NCBI GenBank assembly: GCA_944388725.1
Contig: CALXJW010000002.1
Coordinates: 1 to 39,707 of the forward strand
Direction of reading: 5' to 3'
Origin: an uncultured Clostridia bacterium
GTDB taxonomy: Bacteria > Bacillota > Clostridia > TANB77 > CAG-508
Length of the DNA stretch: 39,707 bases
The position numbers and the translations under genes were made by a program. A model generated the notes under the pieces. It had not been told where the DNA came from, made no database searches, and worked only from the letters and a program-made list of their open reading frames with translations. The stretch's first letter is position 1. Each line of letters opens with the position of its first letter. Of the stretch, positions 8,490 through 16,554 are shown one piece after another.

Positions 8490-9173
8490 CTAGAAAGAGT
8501 ACCGATTAACCATATCCCAAAGTATCGGGATATTGTTGGGAAAAAAGGCGTCAGGAGTATGCTCCAACTTCCATCGAAGTTCCTCCTTACTAATCCAAAT
8601 GGCCTTTTGGGTCTCACCATCACATTCAGTATCATCTAAGAAACTACATTTTTCAAAGTTCACGGCATAAACAACCACAACATGTAACACGACATCACCG
8701 TTATTGTGCCGGGTAATGTGTTTGCATCCAGAGTATACATCAAGAAGAATTAAATCTTCCTCCTTGACTCTGATTAAAATTTCTTCCATTAATTCTCTCG
8801 CTGCACATCTTTTTTGGGTTTCGCCTGGATTGCTCCCCCCGCCAAAGAGTCCAAGCTGATTCAAATCAGACCTTAACTGTAAATAAAACCACAGGTCCTC
8901 TTTTTCATCATACCGATAGATTACCACACCTGTGCCAGGTAGATAAAGTGGGAGATGCCCCACCTCTTTTCGAATATTGTGTAGATAGTCATTGCACCAT
9001 TCTAGCAGTTTTCCATTCCGCATGGAATAGAAGTTATCCCCTATTTTAATTGCATCCAAACTATTGATGACTTCTATTCCCGTTTTTTTATCTATCGTCA
9101 CCCCATTTCTTTTTTCATCTAAATGCCGTTTCCCTATTTCTATGGCCAACTTTTGGACTTCATTCTCCTTCAT
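8490..9173 (-). CDS. Nudix hydrolase with an N-terminal extension of about 85 aa
   Basis: The Nudix box 'GGSNPGETQKRCAARELMEEILI' fits GX5EX7REUXEEXGU except for the last G. RBS 'aaggaggg'. G+C is clearly higher than in the flanks. Confidence 0.8.
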   Translation of the reverse strand: MKENEVQKLAIEIGKRHLDEKRNGVTIDKKTGIEVINSLDAIKIGDNFYSMRNGKLLEWCNDYLHNIRKEVGHLPLYLPGTGVVIYRYDEKEDLWFYLQLRSDLNQLGLFGGGSNPGETQKRCAARELMEEILIRVKEEDLILLDVYSGCKHITRHNNGDVVLHVVVVYAVNFEKCSFLDDTECDGETQKAIWISKEELRWKLEHTPDAFFPNNIPILWDMVNRYSF

Positions 9174-9205
9174 TTTTTTCCCTCCTTAAGAGTAATTATA
9201 TTATT

Positions 9206-9234
9206 ATAGTATCATATTTACATAAAACTGTCAA
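9206..9234 (-). promoter_or_regulatory. sigma-A type promoter of the Nudix gene
   Basis: On the minus strand: TTGACA (9229-9234), a 17-nt spacer, then TACTAT (9206-9211). Confidence 0.5.
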
Positions 9235-9968
9235 TAATATATCTTATGCAACAGTAATAGCCAATAGCAAATTCTTTAGAAAACTAACGTTTTTTAGGTT
9301 TATTTTATTTGCATTTTCACAATATACTGTTCCAAATATTTTTAGTCTTTTTATTTTGTTAAAAAACTGCAAGATGTATCTATATTTAATTATATTTCAG
9401 TTAATTAATATCAAACTTTTATTTAAATACTTATGTGTTTCCACATTTTTTATTACATTCTCTACATATATGTAAATATTCAATCTCGAATGTGAGATTT
9501 GTATTATTCATTGCTTTGATATCTTTTGAATATAAATTTTCTAATCAATTAAACATATTATTTTATATTTTTAAAATCTTTAGTTCGCTATGTAATCTCT
9601 TGATTTTACATAATATAATTTATTTTCTTAGTATTTTATGCTATTTTCCCATAATGTTAATCATATTTTCCTCTTTGTTTTCCATTATTTAATTTCATAC
9701 AACTTTTTAAATTCTTATTTCATATTATATTTTGGAATATTACTACATCTAATACAAAATTATATTTTCCTTATATTTCGGAATCTTCATATATTTTAAC
9801 TATTATCATATCTTAATTAATTTTGTACTAGATTTTTTGTATAGCTTATTTTTATATCTTGCACATAAATATATATTTCTACATCTAGTTTTTTTGTTCA
9901 TTACTACTATTTTTATAATCTTCTTTTGATGATACTTTAATTTCAAACAAAGCAATTTTCTCCATTAT

Positions 9969-10008
9969 ATAAAAAAATAACAAGCAAATACGATTTTTAC
10001 TTGTTATT
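9969..10008 (-). terminator. intrinsic terminator of the 387-aa gene
   Basis: Stem AATAACAAG (9976-9984) pairs with CTTGTTATT (10000-10008). On the minus strand it is followed by a T-run (plus-strand A-run 9970-9975). Confidence 0.65.
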
Positions 10009-10017
10009 CTTATATTA

Positions 10018-11181
10018 TTATAAAGCAATTCCTTGATTTGGATCTGTTCTTGTTCTATCTATAGACATAGCTTTATTATATATATTATCTACTCCTTCAG
10101 GCATTCTAAATTTTCCTCTTATTGCAGAATCTACTCTAGATGATAATTGCATCTTTCCAACTAACTTCATTATGTCTTCAAAACTTATTGTATCATATTT
10201 ATATTCTCCATTTTCTCTTCTAAATGTACTATTATCTACATATGAATCTCCCTTTAATCTAAACATTCCGGAAAATCCTGTTCTTCCATCAATTCCATCC
10301 ATATAAATCATATATGGTTTCTCTCCATTTACATATGCTTCTTGTGAAGTATATGCATATTTTACTGCTTTCTTCTTAGGTTCATGTTCTTCATCTATTT
10401 TTTTGCTTGCTTCTATTGAAACAATATATGGAAATGAAGCTCCTTCTTCTTTTCTCATTGTCATACATAAGTCGTCCATTTGCAAACCTGTTTTAGCTTC
10501 CATTTCACTTCTTCGATATGAGTCCATTATAGTTGGTAATCCTGTAGCTTCAGCATATTCTTTTAATAAATCTTCTGATGGTTGTGCGTAATTTTCAAAC
10601 TCACCACTTTCTCCATGCATAATAGCACTTTTGGCACTTTCTCTTAAAGTAACACCATTTTTAGAAATTTCATTATAAACTCTGCTACTATTTTTTCCAA
10701 AATCAGTCGAAAAATCTATAACTTCTCCATCTTTTCCTGTCACATGTTCTTCGTAACTTCCTTGTTGTGAATTATCTTTTAGTGTTCTTACTTCATAACG
10801 TCCATTTTCAGTAAAAATTGTTTGCCCCACTTCGTGATTTGGCACGTTTTTCCTTACTAATGATAAAAAAGCTTCGCCATTTAATTTCCCAGTAATAGTG
10901 GGTGAATCATCATGTGTCCATCCGAGTTTTCTTCCATCTTTTTCTGCTACTCCTAATAATCTGTCTAATTCTTCTTTCTTAAGTTCTCCAAAAGTAACAC
11001 TAGGATCTACCATATCTTGTTCAGCTACATGTAAGCTTGCTATAAAATCTTTATCAGTCTCCTGACCTTTCGGTGCTATAAAGCCATCTATATTTAGCGT
11101 AGTTTCTTTAGGCCCTTCTATTAATGGTTGGTGGTTAATAATTTTTTGCACAAATTCTTTGATTCTCTTTAAAATACTCAT
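10018..11181 (-). CDS. 387-aa soluble hypothetical protein with no recognisable motif
   Basis: Long ORF with elevated G+C. I prefer the start at 'MSILKRIKEF' (11181), preceded by 'aaaggag'. The 36 upstream codons in the ORF track cover the promoter region. Confidence 0.7.
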   Translation of the reverse strand: MSILKRIKEFVQKIINHQPLIEGPKETTLNIDGFIAPKGQETDKDFIASLHVAEQDMVDPSVTFGELKKEELDRLLGVAEKDGRKLGWTHDDSPTITGKLNGEAFLSLVRKNVPNHEVGQTIFTENGRYEVRTLKDNSQQGSYEEHVTGKDGEVIDFSTDFGKNSSRVYNEISKNGVTLRESAKSAIMHGESGEFENYAQPSEDLLKEYAEATGLPTIMDSYRRSEMEAKTGLQMDDLCMTMRKEEGASFPYIVSIEASKKIDEEHEPKKKAVKYAYTSQEAYVNGEKPYMIYMDGIDGRTGFSGMFRLKGDSYVDNSTFRRENGEYKYDTISFEDIMKLVGKMQLSSRVDSAIRGKFRMPEGVDNIYNKAMSIDRTRTDPNQGIAL

Positions 11182-11215
11182 ATATTTTACTCCTTTGTTA
11201 AATTTATATATTTTA

Positions 11216-11244
11216 AGTCTAACATAAAATTGGTACAGTGTCAA
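11216..11244 (-). promoter_or_regulatory. candidate sigma-A promoter of the 387-aa gene
   Basis: On the minus strand: TTGACA (11239-11244), a 17-nt spacer, then TAGACT (11216-11221). Confidence 0.4.
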
Positions 11245-11337
11245 TAATAATATTTTTATTTTTTTGTAATATATTTTTTTTATTTGCATATTATATATTA
11301 ATTCCTTTTACTTTTATAAAAGGCTTTATATAGATTC

Positions 11338-11365
11338 TCCGGTAGGATTCTCCTACCGGATTTTT
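11338..11365. terminator. GC-rich 10-bp-stem hairpin at the island/rluD border
   Basis: TCCGGTAGGA (11338-11347), loop 'ttc', TCCTACCGGA (11351-11360). The T-run (11361-11365) is on the plus strand. The minus strand has no U-tract after the stem. Confidence 0.5.
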
Positions 11366-12272
11366 ATCTTCTATCCAATTCCTTTATTATTTCTTCAAAA
11401 TATTCGGGTAGTGATGCTTCTAATTTCATTTCTTTATTTGTTATAGGATGTTTGAATTCCAGCCCTTTAGCATGAAGGCATTGTCCAACTACTCCAAACT
11501 CATTTTTTCCATTTGAATATGTGTAATCGCCTATTATTGGATATCCTATATATGATAAATGGACACGTATTTGATGTGTTCTACCAGTTTCAATATTTAC
11601 TTCCAATAAAGTATATTTATCATATCTTTTTAACACTTTTATATGTGTTATTGCTTCTTTACCATTTTTATTCACTGCCATTTTCTTTCTATCTGATGTA
11701 CTTCTTCCTATAGGCATATTTATTGTTGCTTCATTTTCTTTAACTACACCTCTTACTAATGCTATATAAGTCTTTTTAACTTGATGATTTTTTATTTGTT
11801 CGCTCATATTTACATGTGCTTTATCATTTTTTGCAATTATTAAAAGTCCTGATGTATCTTTGTCCAATCTATGCACTATTCCTGGTCTTAATTCTCCACC
11901 TATTCCTGATAAACTATCTTTACATATTGCCATTATAGCATTTACTAATGTTCCATCAGGATTTCCATTGGCAGGATGTACTACCATTCCTTTAGGTTTA
12001 TTTACTACTATTATATCTTTATCTTCATATATTATTTCAATAGGTATTTCTTGTGGCTTAATTTCTATTTCTTTTACTTCTTCTGGTTTTATTTGTATTA
12101 AATCATCTTCAAAAACTTTATAAGAAACTTTTTGATTTTTATTATTTACTAGAATATTTCCTTCTTCTATCATTCTTTGTGCTGCTGTTCTTGTTATATC
12201 TTCTTTTTTACTTGCTATATATGAATCTAATCTTTTTCCTGCCTCTTCTTTTTTTACTTTTATTTCTTCCAT
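11364..12272 (-). CDS. rluD: RluA/RluD-family 23S rRNA pseudouridine synthase
   Basis: S4-like N-terminus, catalytic 'HRLDKDTSGLLIIAKN' and 'GRTHQIRVHL'. Confidence 0.9.
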   Translation of the reverse strand: MEEIKVKKEEAGKRLDSYIASKKEDITRTAAQRMIEEGNILVNNKNQKVSYKVFEDDLIQIKPEEVKEIEIKPQEIPIEIIYEDKDIIVVNKPKGMVVHPANGNPDGTLVNAIMAICKDSLSGIGGELRPGIVHRLDKDTSGLLIIAKNDKAHVNMSEQIKNHQVKKTYIALVRGVVKENEATINMPIGRSTSDRKKMAVNKNGKEAITHIKVLKRYDKYTLLEVNIETGRTHQIRVHLSYIGYPIIGDYTYSNGKNEFGVVGQCLHAKGLEFKHPITNKEMKLEASLPEYFEEIIKELDRR

Positions 12273-12282
12273 TTTTCTTCCT

Positions 12283-13815
12283 TTACTTTTCTATTTCATA
12301 AAATACGAAATTGCTATCTGATTTTAACAGTTTATATCCCTCTAAATTGGCATCTTCAATTATCATATTTATCTTAGAATTTTTATATAATATTACATGT
12401 GTTATATCATATTTTTCAAATATATCTTCGAAATATACTGTTAAATTTGAACTATTTATAAAATCTGTAAATACATTTATTCCTTCATTAAATTCAGGTG
12501 AATATAAATCTGCTCTTGAATCTATAAATACTGGTATATTTCTATATAATAAATAACTTCCATAATTATACTCATTATACAATCTTACATCTTTTATATT
12601 AATATTCTTCCCTTCAAAGTACTTTAATATAAAATCACTCATTTCTACTGGATACGTATTTCCATCTATATATGTTGCATTTAATTTTGGTTTTATAAAA
12701 TATAAACTTAAAATTATTACAATAGCTATCATCATAAATGTACCAAATTTTGTCACAAGTGAATTAATAATTTTTTCATCTATATCTTGTATATATTGTT
12801 CCATCCATTGATATAAAATTTTGTTTAATATTATTGAACCTATTAATATAAACATTGTAGATTGTCTTTTCGAATAAAACATTAATAATGTTAATCCTCC
12901 AAGCATACACAAATCACTTAATCTTATTTTTGAATTTGTAAATATTAATATTGCTAAAAATATTATTAATGCGCAAATTATATCTGTATTGTTTATTAAT
13001 ACCATAGGTAAATGTTCATTTATATTTTGAGTTGTATTGCCTTGCATTGTTTTAATCAAATAAGTATAAGGTGTTGTTCCAAGTGGTGTTAAAAATCCAG
13101 CTAATATAGATATTATCATTATTACTATTAACCATTTAGTTTTTGTTTTTCTTTCTATTATAAGTTTTTCACCCTGTTTTACTTCTTTTCCATATTTTTT
13201 AGCAGTAAATTCTTCTATTGTTGCTACTATATATTCTGCTATATATGGTAAATATAAAACAAACATAAATGGCCAAACTGCCACATGTAAATTTGCTACT
13301 AGTATTGATATTATTATTAGTCCTGTCGCATATCGCTTTTTTCCTGTATTTAAATATTGTTCTATACAAAATATCTCTAGAGTAAACAGTATAAATGTTA
13401 CTAACTGTGCTCTTGCTGCAATATAATTTCTTAACATATACATTGCACCTATTGTTATTACAAATGATAATACTTTATTTTTACTCAATTTAGTGTTAGT
13501 TAAAAATAAGACTGTTCCTAAGATTATTGAAAATAGACATGTCGCTATATATATTCCTGTCATTCCTCCAATTTGGTATATTAAATATATTATTACATCA
13601 TATAACCAATGTGGATAAGTATATTCTAAATTTTGGTGCCAAGAAAATGGATCTAACATATCTATTCCACCATTTTCTATTATATGTTCTCCAATTTTTA
13701 TTGTATAAAATGTATCATTTTGCAATGTTTTTTGTGATACGCTAATGCAAAATATTGCTATTAATATAATAGCTAATAATATAAAAAATAATTTTTTATT
13801 GATTTTTGTTTTCAT
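12283..13815 (-). CDS. polytopic integral membrane protein with a possible GT-C-like fold; function unknown
   Basis: 510 aa with more than 10 predicted hydrophobic helices and a soluble C-terminal domain. It ends 10 nt upstream of rluD, so the two are probably co-transcribed. Confidence 0.6.
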   Translation of the reverse strand: MKTKINKKLFFILLAIILIAIFCISVSQKTLQNDTFYTIKIGEHIIENGGIDMLDPFSWHQNLEYTYPHWLYDVIIYLIYQIGGMTGIYIATCLFSIILGTVLFLTNTKLSKNKVLSFVITIGAMYMLRNYIAARAQLVTFILFTLEIFCIEQYLNTGKKRYATGLIIISILVANLHVAVWPFMFVLYLPYIAEYIVATIEEFTAKKYGKEVKQGEKLIIERKTKTKWLIVIMIISILAGFLTPLGTTPYTYLIKTMQGNTTQNINEHLPMVLINNTDIICALIIFLAILIFTNSKIRLSDLCMLGGLTLLMFYSKRQSTMFILIGSIILNKILYQWMEQYIQDIDEKIINSLVTKFGTFMMIAIVIILSLYFIKPKLNATYIDGNTYPVEMSDFILKYFEGKNINIKDVRLYNEYNYGSYLLYRNIPVFIDSRADLYSPEFNEGINVFTDFINSSNLTVYFEDIFEKYDITHVILYKNSKINMIIEDANLEGYKLLKSDSNFVFYEIEK

Positions 13816-13851
13816 ATTACCTCCATTTTTCTTTTGATTTTATTATTATAA

Positions 13852-13885
13852 CAAAAAAAAATTGAAAAGACTAGTGCTTTTCAAT
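13852..13885 (-). terminator. intrinsic terminator of the SSB-like gene
   Basis: Stem ATTGAAAAG (13861-13869) pairs with CTTTTCAAT (13877-13885). On the minus strand it is followed by a 9-nt T-run. Confidence 0.7.
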
Positions 13886-13898
13886 CCTTTTTATATAT

Positions 13899-14627
13899 TT
13901 ATACAGCTTCTTGATTTTCTGTTTCTTCTTTTTTCTCATTTCCTTCTTCATTTATTAACTCTAAACTACTTACTGACACTTCATATGCTACTTTCATTTC
14001 TGATGTACCATCTTCATATTTCTTTTCATATTGTCTTGATTGAACTCTTCCCACAATTTTCACTTGTGCACCAACTTCTAAGTTTTGGCAAAATCTTGCA
14101 TTTCTTCCCCATGCTATTGTTGGAATATAGTCTGATTTGTTATAAGCTCTGTTTACTGCTAATAATAAATCTGCTATTTCTCTACCAAATGGTGTTTGTC
14201 TGTAAATAGGTTTTTTACATACAAAACCTATAAGTACAACTTCATTTGTTGTTTCTTCTTTTTTTACGATTTCGCTTTCTTCTTCATTTTCTTCAACTTC
14301 CATAACATCTTTGGCAAAAACTGTTAATATTAGTTTGTTTTTTTCGTTCTCATAACTGTTGTATGATCTGAATTGTCCTTTAACTAATAATTTTTTACCT
14401 TCTCTTAACATATCATCGTTTATTAATCTTTCTGATACTGTTATTGGTATTATATCAGCATTTCCACTTAAACGTGGTATCAAGATGTTAAATGAGTAGA
14501 ATTTTTCTCCATAAATTTCGTGGCTAAATTTTTTTTCGCCTGTAACCTTCCCTACTAATGTTAAGTAGTTGTTTTCTAAATAATTTGTATCCAATTTTGT
14601 TTCCTCCCTATCTTTTTTATTTATCAA
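13899..14627 (-). CDS. single-stranded-DNA-binding-like protein with two tandem OB folds and acidic linker and tail
   Basis: The second half, 'VVLIGFVCKKPIYRQTPFGREIADLLLAVNR...IPTIAWGRNARFCQNLEVGAQVKIVGRVQSRQY', is SSB/PriB-like. The first half repeats the pattern ('LTLVGKVTGE...LLVKGQFRSY'). The linker and C-terminus are rich in glutamate. Confidence 0.6.
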   Translation of the reverse strand: MINKKDREETKLDTNYLENNYLTLVGKVTGEKKFSHEIYGEKFYSFNILIPRLSGNADIIPITVSERLINDDMLREGKKLLVKGQFRSYNSYENEKNKLILTVFAKDVMEVEENEEESEIVKKEETTNEVVLIGFVCKKPIYRQTPFGREIADLLLAVNRAYNKSDYIPTIAWGRNARFCQNLEVGAQVKIVGRVQSRQYEKKYEDGTSEMKVAYEVSVSSLELINEEGNEKKEETENQEAV

Positions 14628-14774
14628 TTGTAAATTTTCCTCTTGTTTTCTCTTTTTAAAATTTTCTACATTTTTTATTATACTATACTTTTTTGGTTTT
14701 GTCTACATAAAAAGTTAATATTTTCTAATTTTTTTTAATTTTTTTGCCTTTTTTATATACTTTTAGAGACTTTT

Positions 14775-15260
14775 TTAAAAATTATGCAATTCTTTTAAAA
14801 TAAAAACTACTAAATTATTATAAATTTTCTCATTTGATTTTGCATGTACTTTCATTTCTTTTTCTTCTGCCTCAATAATTTCTTTATTGTTTTTCTCGAT
14901 TTTTCTTTGTATATAAATTATAATTTTATTTTCTTTGACACTTGATATTGTTATTGTAGATTTTGAATTAAATCCAAATGTTATTACTTTTATTGGATTT
15001 TTTATTGGTTCTTTTGCTTCTATATTTATATCTGCATTTATAATTAAATATTCTACTTTTGATACAATGGTATTTAAATTTTTATGTTGGTCTTCTGTTA
15101 AATGTATTTTTTTCATTACTATTATCTCATCAAATTTTATATTTTTAATATTTTCTATACTTTCTGTTGTTATCTCTACAATTTCAATATTGTTTTTTGG
15201 TATGCTATTTTTTATTGCTTTTATATCTTTTTTATTAGCAATTATTCCTATTAATGGCAT
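14775..15260 (-). CDS. hypothetical protein, 161 aa
   Basis: ORF with typical local codon composition and no recognisable motif. It sits downstream of the deacetylase gene on the same strand. Confidence 0.45.
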   Translation of the reverse strand: MPLIGIIANKKDIKAIKNSIPKNNIEIVEITTESIENIKNIKFDEIIVMKKIHLTEDQHKNLNTIVSKVEYLIINADINIEAKEPIKNPIKVITFGFNSKSTITISSVKENKIIIYIQRKIEKNNKEIIEAEEKEMKVHAKSNEKIYNNLVVFILKELHNF

Positions 15261-15308
15261 AGCTTTCTCCTTTATCTTTTGTGTTAAGTATTTCCATTTT
15301 TTTATTTT

Positions 15309-16076
15309 TTATTCATTAGTTTTTATTTGCGTGCCATTATTATTAATAGTATAATTATCTTTATATATTAATTCTGAAACCTTTACAATTTGATATCCTT
15401 TTGATTGTATGTTTTTTATCAACATATCTAAACTGTCTGCTGTATGTTCTGTTCCGTTATGACTTAATATTATAGAACCTTTTTCTAATTTATTTTCTAT
15501 TCTTTTCCACATTTGTTCTCCTGTTAGTCCTTCATAGTCTAAAGTATCTATATTCCATTGTATAGTAAAATATTCATTTTGTTTGGCAGCTTGTATTACA
15601 GTATTATTATATTCTCCATATGGTGCTCTATATAAGTTTATTTTACTATTTGTTATTTCTTCTATTCGTTTTGCTCCATTTTCTATTTCCTTAATATTTT
15701 CTTCTAAAGTTAATTGGTTTACATGTGGATGTGTGTCACTATGGGTTCCTATTTCATGACCTGCCCTATATATTTTTTTTACCGCTTCTGGATATTTTTC
15801 TGCCCATTCACCAACTACAAAAAATGTTATATGTACATTATTCTTTTTTAGTGTTTCTAATATACTATCAATATCATCTGCATTCCATGCACAATTCATT
15901 GTTAATGAAACTTTATTTTCTTCTGTTTGTACATTATATATTGGTAGTTCTTTTGCATTACTACTTGTTTCCACTATTTTTAGTCGTTCTATATTTGCTA
16001 TTCCTATTAATATAGCAACAGTCAGAATTGAAACAATATATGTTTGAATTTTTTCTTTATTAAATACTAAAAACAT
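15309..16076 (-). CDS. polysaccharide deacetylase (NodB domain), PdaB-like
   Basis: N-terminal TM helix, plus 'HITFFVVGEW', 'HEIGTHSDTHPH', 'YRAPYGEY' and 'ILSHNG'. Confidence 0.85.
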   Translation of the reverse strand: MFLVFNKEKIQTYIVSILTVAILIGIANIERLKIVETSSNAKELPIYNVQTEENKVSLTMNCAWNADDIDSILETLKKNNVHITFFVVGEWAEKYPEAVKKIYRAGHEIGTHSDTHPHVNQLTLEENIKEIENGAKRIEEITNSKINLYRAPYGEYNNTVIQAAKQNEYFTIQWNIDTLDYEGLTGEQMWKRIENKLEKGSIILSHNGTEHTADSLDMLIKNIQSKGYQIVKVSELIYKDNYTINNNGTQIKTNE

Positions 16077-16219
16077 TTTCTACCTCCTATTTTGATAGTT
16101 AATTTTATGCTCTTATCTTTTATTTTATGCAAAATAATATTTATACTCTATTTGAGCATACTATATTTACAAATTTTATTGCTATACTTCAATTAGAAAT
16201 TTTCTAAGAGGTGATTTAT

Positions 16220-16456
16220 ATGTATTTATCAGATGCAGTAAGAGATAGAATAAAGTACTACCAAAAACAAAAGGGTATGAGTCTTTGGGCTCTATTTAAA
16301 GCTTCTGGTGTACCTATGTCAACACTTGCAGCTTTTATGAGTAAAAGAACTGAATTAATTAAGCTTGACACTTTACTTCATATTTGCGAAGGATTTGGTA
16401 TTACTATTACTGAGTTTTTCGAAAATGATGTTTTTAAAGATGTTGAACAAGATTAA
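16220..16456 (+). CDS. XRE-family helix-turn-helix transcriptional regulator (78 aa)
   Basis: HTH 'MSLWALFKASGVPMSTLAAFMSKR'. The ATG at 16220 lies 6 nt after RBS 'aagaggtg'. G+C is locally elevated (25/60 on line 16261-16320). Confidence 0.8.
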   Translation: MYLSDAVRDRIKYYQKQKGMSLWALFKASGVPMSTLAAFMSKRTELIKLDTLLHICEGFGITITEFFENDVFKDVEQD

Positions 16457-16466
16457 TTATTAAATA

Positions 16467-16547
16467 AAAGGGGATTGTCTTTATTAATAAAAAATTTAAA
16501 GGACTGTCCCCTTTGTGCATTTTGCACTTTAAGGACTGTCCCTTTTG
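16467..16547. repeat. triplicated 13-20 nt motif in the convergent intergenic region
   Basis: 'ttaaaggactgtcccctttg' (16496-16515) and 'tttaaggactgtcccttttg' (16528-16547) are direct repeats that flank the palindrome GTGCAtttTGCAC (16515-16527). 'aaaggggattgtc' (16467-16479) is an inverted copy able to pair with either one. Confidence 0.6.
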
Positions 16548-16554
16548 TTCAATT

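Noticed and set aside
9437-9445. DnaA-box-like GTTTCCACA in the AT-rich spacer (possible origin-like region)
   Set aside because: It is a single copy matching 7 of 9 positions of TTATCCACA. There is no cluster of boxes and no adjacent dnaA/dnaN context.
9435-9692. 85-aa plus-strand ORF in the AT-rich spacer
   Set aside because: It starts at GTG with no Shine-Dalgarno sequence. The translation is Phe/Ile/Leu low-complexity. It is most likely a chance open frame.
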